Below, one piece after another: positions 28,141 to 37,806 of a stretch of DNA of 64,000 nt. Source of the stretch: Candidatus Bipolaricaulota bacterium (lineage in GTDB: Bacteria > Bipolaricaulota > Bipolaricaulia > UBA7950 > UBA9294). Every line of letters begins with the position of its first letter. Within the stretch, counting starts at the first letter, position 1. The notes under the pieces were generated by a model. The model had not been told where the DNA came from, did no database searches, and saw only the letters and a program-made list of their open reading frames with translations. The stretch covers positions 23,573-87,572 of the forward strand of contig JANQGM010000008.1 of NCBI GenBank assembly GCA_028277345.1, in the 5' to 3' direction. Position numbers and translations under genes: made by a program.

Positions 28141-30321
28141 ATGACGGAGAAAATCACAGGGGTTCTGGTTGTTGTCTTGATCGCCTGTTCATTGATGGGA
28201 CTGGCGGTTCAGTACCCTCTTACCGTGACCGACCTTGAGGTCGAGGGGAACGACGAGATTCGCTTCAAGGACATCCTGGATACCATTCATTTTAACGTGG
28301 GGTCATCGATCGAAGAGGCCGATCTTCGTGAAGCATCGCAAGCGATCTATGATCTAGGATGGTTCAGTGAGGTGACGCTTGATCGAAACGTGCTCGAAAC
28401 GGGGCGCGTTATCTTTCAGGTCGTCGAGAATCCGGTGATCCGAAAGATCGAGATCTCCGGCAACACGCATCGCCGAGATTTCATGTTCTTCGGGCTCAAG
28501 TTGTTCGACGAGCCGATCATGCCAACCTATCGAATCCGATCCATCCTCTGGGAAAACGATGTGCGTCGGCGCGACGTTCTAAACCGCGATGGACTGACGG
28601 ATGCGCTGGATGAGATCCTCGCCAAATACCGGGAGAGAGGGTATCTCACCGTTTCCGTGGGCAACGTGGAAATGGGTGAAACGCTGAGAATCGAGTTCAT
28701 TGAACACGTGTACGCGGGCAGTCTGATCGAGGGGCTTGTGAATGTCCCTGTCGAGATGGCCGAAGCCATGATTGAGATCCCCACCGGCGAACCGTTGCGG
28801 ATGTCCGACCTGGCTCGCACGAGAATGGATCTCGCGAGTTCCGTGTTCTTCTCCAACGTCGGATTCGATTACCAAGAAGGGCTTGAATCGGATTCGCTTT
28901 GGCTCATCTGGCAGCTCACTGAGCGAACGCTGATTGACGCACCCCTCTCCCTGCAGGCCATCAACTTCGCTGGGAACACCGTCTATTCGGATGCGGTATT
29001 GGCTGACCTCATTCCCACATTGCCTGAGGAACCTGTGGGCAATTACCAGCTTCTTCAGATCATCGAAGGCGTTTATGACCGGTACATCGATTCCGGTTAT
29101 ACGATGCTACGACTTGCGGTCGCTGCGATTGAAGACGGCGTTCTGACGCTTGAGTTAATCGAAGGTGCGATCTCGGAGATTGTGGTGGAGGGAAACACGA
29201 AGACTCGCGACTACGTCATCTCTCGCAACCTCGACTTCGCCGTCGGCGATGTGGCCAATCGCAATGACCTTTTGGTCACGTACCAACAGCTGAATTCGCT
29301 TGGCTATTTCGGCGCCCTTGATCTGGTGCCGGAATGGGGCGAAGAGGGTGTCGTGGTGACCATCACCATTGCTGAGAAGAAGGATATGGGAGGATTCGGT
29401 GGTTCGATGGTGATCGACCCGTCCACTGGCGATCTTCTGGGCGAGCTGTCCTTGAACCAAAAGAATCTGATGGGGACGGGACAGGACCTCGAACTCAGCT
29501 ACAGCCGTGGGCTGGTAGGCACGGATGATATCAAGCCCAGCACATGGAATCTTGGGTACAGCACCGTCGCCTATTTTCCGGAATTCGACCGCGTCGGCGT
29601 TGACCTGTTCCAGACATCGCGTGAAACGACGGTGGACGATGAAGCGGCCGTCAGCATCACCGTCGGTGGGGCGATTTCCTTTAGCTATCCGATTGCCGAG
29701 TACTCGAACTTCGGTCTTGCCTTTCGGCATGAAGAGGAGCGGGTGAATCTGGAAGACCATTGGACGCCCTCCGATGTCGTGACGCTTTCACTGACCTACA
29801 ACAACGCCAATGATCCCTTCTTCCCGACAGAAGGAAGCCGTCGTCAGCTGAAATTTGAGAAGGCTGGAGGATTCAGCGCGGGTCGTGAATACACCAAGTT
29901 CGATTTGACGTGGATTCAGTACGTTCCTTCACCGCTGCCGCTTCTTTCGTCATCCATGGATCAAACGCTGGCCATCCGTGTAAAGGCAGGATGGGGCGAT
30001 GCGACGGTTCCTCTGTCCAAGCAGATGGAGTTGGGGGGATCGACGTCTATCCGGGGTATCGAGGGGAGTCCCTCGCGGCAGTACGTTCTTTCGAACTTCG
30101 AGTACCGGATGGAGCTTGTGGACGGCCTGTACGCCACGGCATTCCTCGATGGAGGGTTCGATTTATCGAAGGTACGAATGGACGATTTACTAAGCTCCTT
30201 TGGGTTCGAATTGGGAATCAATGCAGCGGGTCTGCTGGTGCGGCTCGACTTTGTTTGGGTGCTGGATGAGGACTTTAGCTGGGTTCCTATTTTCGATTTC
30301 GGCATGGGGAGCATGTTCTAG
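28141..30321 (+). CDS. bamA: BamA/Omp85-family outer-membrane protein assembly factor
   Basis: Repeated POTRA-like units (I..I.VEGN..TRD.VI.R) and a C-terminal barrel ending ...FDFGMGSMF. ATG 28141 follows GGAGG. Confidence 0.8.
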   Translation: MTEKITGVLVVVLIACSLMGLAVQYPLTVTDLEVEGNDEIRFKDILDTIHFNVGSSIEEADLREASQAIYDLGWFSEVTLDRNVLETGRVIFQVVENPVIRKIEISGNTHRRDFMFFGLKLFDEPIMPTYRIRSILWENDVRRRDVLNRDGLTDALDEILAKYRERGYLTVSVGNVEMGETLRIEFIEHVYAGSLIEGLVNVPVEMAEAMIEIPTGEPLRMSDLARTRMDLASSVFFSNVGFDYQEGLESDSLWLIWQLTERTLIDAPLSLQAINFAGNTVYSDAVLADLIPTLPEEPVGNYQLLQIIEGVYDRYIDSGYTMLRLAVAAIEDGVLTLELIEGAISEIVVEGNTKTRDYVISRNLDFAVGDVANRNDLLVTYQQLNSLGYFGALDLVPEWGEEGVVVTITIAEKKDMGGFGGSMVIDPSTGDLLGELSLNQKNLMGTGQDLELSYSRGLVGTDDIKPSTWNLGYSTVAYFPEFDRVGVDLFQTSRETTVDDEAAVSITVGGAISFSYPIAEYSNFGLAFRHEEERVNLEDHWTPSDVVTLSLTYNNANDPFFPTEGSRRQLKFEKAGGFSAGREYTKFDLTWIQYVPSPLPLLSSSMDQTLAIRVKAGWGDATVPLSKQMELGGSTSIRGIEGSPSRQYVLSNFEYRMELVDGLYATAFLDGGFDLSKVRMDDLLSSFGFELGINAAGLLVRLDFVWVLDEDFSWVPIFDFGMGSMF

Positions 30322-30411
30322 AATTTCTCTGATGGAGAGGGGGGCTCCCTGATCTGGTGTGTTGGATGCAGAACTCTATAATTGAGGGACGATGGACAAG
30401 GAGGAGAACGT

Positions 30412-31155
30412 ATGTCTCGAAATACATTGGTGGTCGCGGGGTTGGCGCTGATTCTTGCGATTGGCGCATTGGTGCTTCAGTTTGCGCTTCCGTCGGGTGA
30501 TGGAGCCGGGAATGCTGATTTGGATGCCATTCGCGCGGATATCACGCTGCTGAAGCAGTCGGAAGCGTCATCATCGCTGAAAGTTGCCTTGATGGATGCC
30601 GAAGATGCGTTCAACGTGTTTGTGTCCGCCGTAGGCGATTTGCGCCAGCGGATTACGGACAAAACGAGCGAAATCACGGAATTGCAGACGCAATACAATC
30701 AGGGGACGGTGTCACGCGACGATCTGGAACGGCAAAGCTATATCTTGAATGCTGAGTTGCTTGACGCTCGCGTGACCACGGCGGCGGGAACGCTCGATCG
30801 GATGATCGCCTCCGATGACTTCTCTGACATGCGCAGCCAACTGGTGCAACTGCGCGAGCAAGCTCAGCCTATTGTTGAGCAGGTGAATAGCCTTGTCTCG
30901 ACGATCACGGTTGGCGCCATTGATGCTGTGGAATTCCAAAATCGATATCAAGGCCTAACCGCTCTGTTTGAGCAGTTCGACGGCTATGTGACGATTGCAG
31001 CCACGAACAAGCTGATCCAAGCGGCGGAGAAGATCTCGAACGAATACGGTTACGATCTCGTGATTCGCAAGAAGGACGTCCGCATTTATCACAACCCTGC
31101 CACGATCGACGACATCACCGAACTCGTGAAGGCGGAAATCGCCGGGTATCTGTAG
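30412..31155 (+). CDS. OmpH/Skp-like periplasmic chaperone (long form)
   Basis: Signal/anchor MSRNTLVVAGLALILAIGALVL, long coiled-coil-like middle, C-terminal EYGYDLVIRKKDV as in the OmpH family. Sits between bamA and fabZ. Confidence 0.6.
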   Translation: MSRNTLVVAGLALILAIGALVLQFALPSGDGAGNADLDAIRADITLLKQSEASSSLKVALMDAEDAFNVFVSAVGDLRQRITDKTSEITELQTQYNQGTVSRDDLERQSYILNAELLDARVTTAAGTLDRMIASDDFSDMRSQLVQLREQAQPIVEQVNSLVSTITVGAIDAVEFQNRYQGLTALFEQFDGYVTIAATNKLIQAAEKISNEYGYDLVIRKKDVRIYHNPATIDDITELVKAEIAGYL

Positions 31156-31164
31156 GCGAGACCG

Positions 31165-31614
31165 ATGTACGACATCGAAGCGATTCGGGAACGGCTGCCG
31201 CATCGGTACCCGTTCCTGCTCGTGGATCGAATCCTTGAGAGAACGGATGATCACGTTGTCGGTCTGAAGAACGTGACAGCTAACGAACCGTTCTTCACCG
31301 GGCATTTCCCTCCTCCGCAGGAGTCGGTGATGCCCGGTGTCCTGATCCTGGAGGCGATGACGCAGACGGCCGCTTTCCTCGCCTTGGGTTCAGATACAGA
31401 CGCTCCGCGTGTCGGCTACTTGGTCGGCATCGATAAGGCGAAACTGCGGCGCAAGGTTGTCCCGGGCGATCAACTTCGGATGGAAGCGCGCATCGCACGC
31501 CAGAAGCGGGAGCTGCTGCAGGCCGAGGTGAAGGCAACGGTCGACGGAGAGTTGGCGGCTTCGGCCATCGTCTCCATCGTTCTTCCGAGCGAGGTGCCGA
31601 GCGAAGAGGACTAG
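31165..31614 (+). CDS. fabZ: 3-hydroxyacyl-ACP dehydratase
   Basis: LPHRYPFLLVDRI, NEPFFTGHFP and MPGVLILEAMTQ. Confidence 0.9.
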   Translation: MYDIEAIRERLPHRYPFLLVDRILERTDDHVVGLKNVTANEPFFTGHFPPPQESVMPGVLILEAMTQTAAFLALGSDTDAPRVGYLVGIDKAKLRRKVVPGDQLRMEARIARQKRELLQAEVKATVDGELAASAIVSIVLPSEVPSEED

Positions 31615-31615
31615 C

Positions 31616-32509
31616 GTGTTCGAGTGTGTGCCCAATGTGAGCGAAGGACGGGATCAGCCGACGATTCGTCGATTGATCGATGCCGTCCGGGCCACCCAAA
31701 GCCGGCTCCTCGATACGCATACGGATGCCGATCATCACCGAACCGTCTTTACGGTGGTGGGCGACGCGCCGGCCATCAGCGATGGGGCTGTCGCGCTGGC
31801 GAGATGCGCGACAGCCCACATCGATTTGCGATGCCATACCGGCGGCGTTCATCCACGAATGGGGGCCGTCGATGTCATGCCGTTTGTCCCGCTCTCTCCC
31901 ACTACTATGGCCGAATGTGTCCGCGTCGCGAGAACGTGCGGACGACGCATTGCCGAGGCGCTGGACATTCCCGTCTTCCTCTATGGCCACGCGGCTGTCC
32001 ATGACGACCGGAGCGCATTGCCGGTTCTTCGAAAGGGTGGTTTTGAGGGACTCGAGCACAAGATGAGATCGCCGGACTGGATTCCCGACTACGGTCCCCG
32101 ATCGCCACATCCGACAGCCGGCGCCATGGCCGTGGGGGCGCGAACGTTCCTCGTAGCGTACAACGTTCAACTCGACACACGCGAGCTCAAGTTCGCACGC
32201 AGGATTGCATCCGCCATACGTGAAACCAACGGCGGGTTACCTGGGGTTCGAGCCTTGGGATTTCCCCTGCACTCGAAAGGCTGCGTGCAGGTCTCGATGA
32301 ATCTTACGGATGTTTCCGAAACGTCGATTCCCGGCGCCTTTCGAGTTGTTCTACGCGAGGCGGAACGCCTCGGTGTTGCCGTTCTCTCTTCAGAGATTGT
32401 CGGGCTCGCCCCTCGCGCTGCATTCGAGGGCGTCTCAAGCGATATGTTGATGCTGGAAAGGGCGACGGCATACTACATGCTTGAAAACCGGCTGGAGGAT
32501 GTGACATGA
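31616..32509 (+). CDS. glutamate formimidoyltransferase (FtcD N-terminal-domain type)
   Basis: MFECVPNVSEGRD...HTDADHHRTV. 297 aa with no cyclodeaminase domain. Confidence 0.8.
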   Translation: MFECVPNVSEGRDQPTIRRLIDAVRATQSRLLDTHTDADHHRTVFTVVGDAPAISDGAVALARCATAHIDLRCHTGGVHPRMGAVDVMPFVPLSPTTMAECVRVARTCGRRIAEALDIPVFLYGHAAVHDDRSALPVLRKGGFEGLEHKMRSPDWIPDYGPRSPHPTAGAMAVGARTFLVAYNVQLDTRELKFARRIASAIRETNGGLPGVRALGFPLHSKGCVQVSMNLTDVSETSIPGAFRVVLREAERLGVAVLSSEIVGLAPRAAFEGVSSDMLMLERATAYYMLENRLEDVT

Positions 32510-33819
32510 AGGATCATGGAGCCATGCGTTGCGATGGTCCCTTGCTCATCGTTGGATTTGGTCTAACGGGGCGAGCGGTTGCCGAGTATGCTCAGTCGCG
32601 CGGACTGGCTGTGTGCGTCTCCGATGTTGGGCCGCTCGCGGAAGAGGATCGTCATTGGCTGAAGACGCAGACGATTCCTTTTGAAGAAAACGGCCACTCG
32701 GCCGAGTTTTTCGCTTCTGCGGGACGAGCCGTTCTCAGCCCCGGCGTTCCGCCGGCGCTGTCACGGCTTGATGGTCTTCGCGAGAGGAACTGTCCGATTC
32801 AGGCGGAGATTGAGTTCGCTCTGGAGCATTGTCTTCCATGCCGGATCATTGCCGTGACCGGGACGAATGGTAAGAGTTCGACGGTCGAGGTGATCGCCGC
32901 CATACTCTCGTTTTCGGGCATCCGACATTGGATGGCCGGGAACATCGGGATGCCGCTGATCGGCCTCATCGACACGATCGAAGAAGACGATGTGCTTGTG
33001 CTTGAGGTCAGCAGCTATCAACTCGAACAGTTTCATGCGTTCCGACCCAACGTCGGCGTGCTTCTCAACCTATCGCCCGATCATCTTGCCCGGCATCGGA
33101 CGTTCGCCGCCTACGGAGAAGCCAAGGCGAAGCTGCTGGCGCAACAGAACGCGGACGATGTGGCCGTGCTCCCACGGGATCTGGCGAACCAGTTTGAAGA
33201 CGGGTGCGGCCGCCGCGTCTTCTTCGACGAGATTGCACTGCCCGCCGATGTCGAGGCGATGTTGCTTCCCCATGAGCGAACAAACTTGAAGGCGGCATGG
33301 GCGGCCTGCCGTGAGCTCATTCCGGAGCTCGATATCGCTGATCTTCCGCCGGATCGGATCTTGAACGCCTTTCGCCTCCCGCATCGAATGGAGCGCGTGG
33401 GATTTCTCAAGGGCATCGAAGTGATCAATGATTCCAAATCGACAAATGCGGGATCGACCATTGCCGCGTTGCGTGCGCTTTCTTCTCCTGCTGTATTGTT
33501 GTTGGGGGGGCGATCGAAGAGGGCGGGATACGCGGCCTTGGTTGCCGAGATTGAGACGGCTGCACTTCGTGGTGTGGTCGTTTTTGGGGAAGCGGCCGGC
33601 GAGTTTGAAACTCTCCTTTCCTCACTGCGCGGGCTCTCGCTTCATCGCGCAGGGGATCTTGAGGCAAGCATCGCCGTGGGATTGAGCCTTGCCCATGAAG
33701 GAGACGTGCTCTTGTTCTCTCCCGCCTGCTCAAGCTTCGATGCGTTCGCGAACTTCGAAGAACGCGGAAATGCCTTCAAATCCATCCTTCGATCGCTTCC
33801 AGGGTTTGCCACACTGTAG
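32506..33819 (+). CDS. murD: UDP-N-acetylmuramoylalanine--D-glutamate ligase
   Basis: GFGLTGRA, VTGTNGKSST, NLSPDHL. Confidence 0.9.
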   Translation: MKDHGAMRCDGPLLIVGFGLTGRAVAEYAQSRGLAVCVSDVGPLAEEDRHWLKTQTIPFEENGHSAEFFASAGRAVLSPGVPPALSRLDGLRERNCPIQAEIEFALEHCLPCRIIAVTGTNGKSSTVEVIAAILSFSGIRHWMAGNIGMPLIGLIDTIEEDDVLVLEVSSYQLEQFHAFRPNVGVLLNLSPDHLARHRTFAAYGEAKAKLLAQQNADDVAVLPRDLANQFEDGCGRRVFFDEIALPADVEAMLLPHERTNLKAAWAACRELIPELDIADLPPDRILNAFRLPHRMERVGFLKGIEVINDSKSTNAGSTIAALRALSSPAVLLLGGRSKRAGYAALVAEIETAALRGVVVFGEAAGEFETLLSSLRGLSLHRAGDLEASIAVGLSLAHEGDVLLFSPACSSFDAFANFEERGNAFKSILRSLPGFATL

Positions 33820-33973
33820 CAAGGACGACGCTCGCTTTTGAGACGGACATGTGTCCTCTGCGCATGAGACGAGCCTTCGTTTTGCAGGCCCCTCCCTTCC
33901 TTTCGGCCTTGTGACAGATGCCGTATTCCTATGTCGGGGTTAGTTGGACACATGCGCGGGAGGGGGACCTAGC

Positions 33974-35056
33974 GTGGTCGGAACGGTGGATCGACGAGCT
34001 GCACTCGTGACCGCACTTCTCCTGTTTGCGGGGATGATCGTGTTGTACAGTGCAAGCAGCCCGTTTTCCCTCAAACACTATGGCTCCGATACCTCCATGC
34101 TCATCCGCCAGCTAATCGCGGCCGGCGTCGGTCTGATCGGTCTGTTGATCCTCGAATCGTGGGATTACCATTCCTTGGTTCAGTTCAATGACCTGTTGCT
34201 TGTCGGCGGGGTCTTGCTGACCGTGCTGACGATTCTTCCCATCGGCCTGTCGGACGGACGCTGGCTCCCACTGGGGCCCTTTACCTTTCAGCCGACCGAA
34301 GCCGTCAAGTTCTCATTGATTCTCTTCCTGGCCCACTCGCTGAGCCGAAAGGGCGGACAGGTTCGAACCTTCAAGGATGGCGTGCTGCCCTATCTCATTC
34401 TGCTGGGCTTTCTAGCGGTGATTGTCATCCAGCAGCCGGATCTGGGGATGATCGTGGTCTTTGGCGCTCTGACGATGGCGATGCTTTTTTTCGCCGGCGC
34501 GCGGATGATTCATCTGTTGTGCATCGGAGCGGGCGGCATCCCGCTGGTTTTTCTGGCCATCCGATTTGCCCCTTATCGCTTCGCCCGATTGCTATCGTTC
34601 TTGAATCCGCATGCGTACAGTCAATCGACAGGCTATCAAACCCTGCAGTCGCTGACTGCCGTGGGATCGGGCGGCATCATCGGACGGGGGCTGGGAGGCT
34701 CGCATGCCAAGCTCTTCTACCTTCCCCAGTCGCACAACGACTTCATCATGTCCGTGCTGGCGGAGGAGTTGGGGTTGTTTGGCATCCTCCTCATCATGAC
34801 GTTGATGGGGCTGCTGGTCTGGCGTGCGTTCCGCATTGCTGAATCCGCCTCCGATCGCCTCGGGCAGCTGCTCGCCATGGGGATCGGTTTTGCGCTTGGA
34901 TTTCAAACCTTGATCAATCTGGGCGTTGTCGTCGGCCTTCTCCCCGTGACGGGGTTGACGTTTCCCTTCTTCAGCAACGGGGGGTCTTCGCTCATCATCA
35001 CGCTTGCGTTGGTCGGTGTCCTGTTGAACGTCTCCAAACAAGGAGAGAGCTCATGA
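33974..35056 (+). CDS. ftsW: FtsW/RodA/SpoVE-family peptidoglycan polymerase (cell-division FtsW by context)
   Basis: Polytopic protein. QPTEAVKF, PDLG, LPQSHNDFI, GLTFPFFSNGGSS. GTG 33974 lies 6 nt after GGGAGGGGGA. Confidence 0.9.
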   Translation: MVGTVDRRAALVTALLLFAGMIVLYSASSPFSLKHYGSDTSMLIRQLIAAGVGLIGLLILESWDYHSLVQFNDLLLVGGVLLTVLTILPIGLSDGRWLPLGPFTFQPTEAVKFSLILFLAHSLSRKGGQVRTFKDGVLPYLILLGFLAVIVIQQPDLGMIVVFGALTMAMLFFAGARMIHLLCIGAGGIPLVFLAIRFAPYRFARLLSFLNPHAYSQSTGYQTLQSLTAVGSGGIIGRGLGGSHAKLFYLPQSHNDFIMSVLAEELGLFGILLIMTLMGLLVWRAFRIAESASDRLGQLLAMGIGFALGFQTLINLGVVVGLLPVTGLTFPFFSNGGSSLIITLALVGVLLNVSKQGESS

Positions 35057-36180
35057 GAATTCTGGTCGCGGGCGGAGGCACGGGAGGCCATTTCTATCCG
35101 GCTCTGGCGATTTGCGAAGGCCTTCGCAAGAAGTACCCGCATGCGGCCTTCACCTATGTGGGGACGAAAAACGGCATCGAAGCGCGCGTTCTGCCGTCTT
35201 ACCCTTGGATTCGGTTTCACTCGATCCAAGCCAGCGGCCTCGCCCGACGCCGCCCGATGAAGAACGCCTGGGCGTTCCTGCGCCTGCTTGTAGGGTTCAT
35301 TCAAACGGTTCTATTGTTTCTCCGAGTGCGCCCCCAACTCGTTGTCGGTGTGGGTGGGTACGTGTCCTTTGCGCCGGTGTTGCTCGGTGCATTGCTCGGC
35401 CGCGTCTTGCCGATTCGATCCGTCATTCATGAGCAGAATGTGATCGGGGGATTGGCCAACAGATGGCTCTCGAAATTCGTCAATCTTGTCATGCTGTCCT
35501 TCCCGCAATCCGAACGATCGTTCCCCCATGCTCGGCGAGTTGTCGTCACGGGCAATCCGATTCGTGAGGAATTCTTGCATGTCAAGCGTTCGACTCAGGT
35601 CTATCGGCAATTCGGCCTTGATCCGCGTCGACGTACGATCCTTATCTTCGGAGGATCGAAGGGATCGATCGAGATGACGGATCAGGTGCTCAGCGGGCGA
35701 AACGAGATTGCCGCGAATCCGGACCTTCAAGTTCTCCTCGTCACTGGCAACAAGGCGTCGAAAGCGGCCATCGAGAAAGAGCTCACGAAAGCGAGGATTC
35801 GCAACATTGTTGTCATGGATTACGTCCATGAAATGGGGGCCGCCTTTGCGATCGCCGATCTGGTGGTGTGCCGAGCGGGCGCGACGTCGCTTGCGGAGAT
35901 TACGTCCTGCGGCAAGGCCTCTCTGCTGGTTCCGTGGAAGGAGTCGGCGGACGATCATCAGCGGAAGAATGCCCGTATCCTGGCGGAAGCACGCGCTTGC
36001 GCGGTAGCCGATGAGGAGGGTATCGTACGCCAGGGATTGGTCCAACAGATTCTGATGCAAATGAACGATGAGTTGGGCCTTGAAGAGCTCGCATCAAATG
36101 CTGAGCAGATGGGTCAAAAGCGCGCGGAATCGTTGATCCTTGGAGAGATTCGATCCCTGATGAGGGAGGTTCGCCCGTGA
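35053..36180 (+). CDS. murG: undecaprenyldiphospho-muramoylpentapeptide beta-N-acetylglucosaminyltransferase
   Basis: MRILVAGGGTGGHFYPALA..., CRAGATSLAE. Confidence 0.9.
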   Translation: MRILVAGGGTGGHFYPALAICEGLRKKYPHAAFTYVGTKNGIEARVLPSYPWIRFHSIQASGLARRRPMKNAWAFLRLLVGFIQTVLLFLRVRPQLVVGVGGYVSFAPVLLGALLGRVLPIRSVIHEQNVIGGLANRWLSKFVNLVMLSFPQSERSFPHARRVVVTGNPIREEFLHVKRSTQVYRQFGLDPRRRTILIFGGSKGSIEMTDQVLSGRNEIAANPDLQVLLVTGNKASKAAIEKELTKARIRNIVVMDYVHEMGAAFAIADLVVCRAGATSLAEITSCGKASLLVPWKESADDHQRKNARILAEARACAVADEEGIVRQGLVQQILMQMNDELGLEELASNAEQMGQKRAESLILGEIRSLMREVRP

Positions 36181-37565
36181 GAACGAGGGGTTCCCGGGTT
36201 CATTTTATTGGCATTGGCGGTATCGGGATGAGCGGATTGGCGTCCGTTCTGCTTGAGCAGGGCGTGGTGGTGTCAGGCTCGGATCTTCAAACGAATCCCG
36301 AAACGCTGAGATTGCAACAGCTTGGAGCGACCATTCATCACGGACACCATGCGTGCCACGTTCGCCCGGATTGCGATGCCGTCATCGTTTCTTCGGCCAT
36401 CCCGCCCTGTCATATCGAAGTGCAGGAAGCCACACGGTTGGGGCTTCCCGTGATCCCACGATTGCGCGCACTTGCTTCTGAACTCGAGAAATACCGAAGC
36501 ATCGGGGTGGCGGGAACGCACGGCAAGACGACGACGACCGCGATGATCGCGACCCTCATGCGCCCGCAACGGGCAAGCTTCCTCGTGGGGGCGGAGTGTC
36601 CGGATCTGGGCGGGAACGCCAAGCTTGACTCGGGGCAGTGGATGATTGCCGAGATCGACGAATCGGACGGTCATCTGGTGGATGTGACAACCACGATCGC
36701 CGTGTTGACGAACATCGGAAAAGATCATGTTCAGACCTATGAGAGTCTCGACGACATTGAGGGAGCATTCATGGCCTATCTGGATGGCTCCGAGCACGTT
36801 GTGCTTTGCATCGATGATTCCCGGGTCGCGCGCTTATCGGCCCGGTATCCTGAAGCTGTAACCGTGGGGATTGATGCACCGGCCGATATTCGTGCAAGCG
36901 GGCTCTCTTTCGATCGATGGACGACCTCATTTGAGTTGAACGTGCGCGGCACATCGCACGGTCGGGTGAGTCTTCCAACTCCCGGGCGCCACAATGTCCG
37001 AAACGCCCTGTGTGCTCTTGCAGCAGCCACGATTGCCGGCATCTCCATCGAGGACGCTCTGGAGCAATTGGAGGGGTTCCGCCTCCCACATCGCCGGTTC
37101 GAACTGTTGGAGGAAAACGGTGTGACGGTTGTTGACGACTACGCGCACCTTCCGGAGGAAATTGAAGCGACGCTGGATGCTATCCGCGAGGGATGGCCGG
37201 GCCGACGCATTGTCGCCATCTTCCAACCTCATCGGTTCAGCCGAACCCAGGCCCTGGGCCGAGAATTTGGGAGCGCCTTCGCGGGGGCCGATGCCGTGCT
37301 CCTCAACCCCATTTACTCAGCGTGCGAATCGCGGATTCCCGGTGTCTCCGTTTCCCAGATCTCCGATGCCATTGTGACCGAGACATGCTGCCGCGTACGG
37401 ACGATCGCCTCGCAAGAGGAGACCGTTCGCTGTCTTGAGGAGAGCATCGAAACCGGTGATTTCATCATTAGCTTCGGCGCAGGCGATGTTTGGAAAGTCA
37501 CCGAGCGATTGGCCCGCATCCTCGAAGAAGGGCACTTCCTGCATCGCATCCCTGTTGCACTTTAG
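36177..37565 (+). CDS. murC: UDP-N-acetylmuramate--L-alanine ligase
   Basis: VHFIGIGGIGMSGLA, GVAGTHGKTTTT. Confidence 0.9.
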   Translation: MRTRGSRVHFIGIGGIGMSGLASVLLEQGVVVSGSDLQTNPETLRLQQLGATIHHGHHACHVRPDCDAVIVSSAIPPCHIEVQEATRLGLPVIPRLRALASELEKYRSIGVAGTHGKTTTTAMIATLMRPQRASFLVGAECPDLGGNAKLDSGQWMIAEIDESDGHLVDVTTTIAVLTNIGKDHVQTYESLDDIEGAFMAYLDGSEHVVLCIDDSRVARLSARYPEAVTVGIDAPADIRASGLSFDRWTTSFELNVRGTSHGRVSLPTPGRHNVRNALCALAAATIAGISIEDALEQLEGFRLPHRRFELLEENGVTVVDDYAHLPEEIEATLDAIREGWPGRRIVAIFQPHRFSRTQALGREFGSAFAGADAVLLNPIYSACESRIPGVSVSQISDAIVTETCCRVRTIASQEETVRCLEESIETGDFIISFGAGDVWKVTERLARILEEGHFLHRIPVAL

Positions 37566-37729
37566 TTCCGAGAACCATCCGTAAACTTCCGGTTTCGCTT
37601 CCGCCAAGTCGTTGCCGATCAAGTAGGCACAGGTATCTCCTAGCCCAACTGATTGCACTTGAGGTGAAATCGCCCCTTGAAATCGTCCGATTTTCGAGCG
37701 ATCGAAAAACGCGGAGATCGGCATGCGAA

Positions 37730-37758
37730 TTGACATTCACGCACAAAAACTGTATAAC
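37730..37758 (+). promoter_or_regulatory. sigma70-like promoter candidate upstream of ftsQ
   Basis: TTGACA (37730-37735), a 17-nt spacer, then TATAAC (37753-37758), about 50 nt upstream of the ftsQ start. Confidence 0.4.
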
Positions 37759-37806
37759 AGGATTCACGAATCTCTCTGCTGTAGGGGAAAACGAGGTCTT
37801 TGACGG

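Noticed and set aside
26460-28157. 565-aa minus-strand ORF covering comM
   Set aside because: It is antisense to a gene with Walker motifs. It is Arg/Pro-rich, low-complexity sequence.
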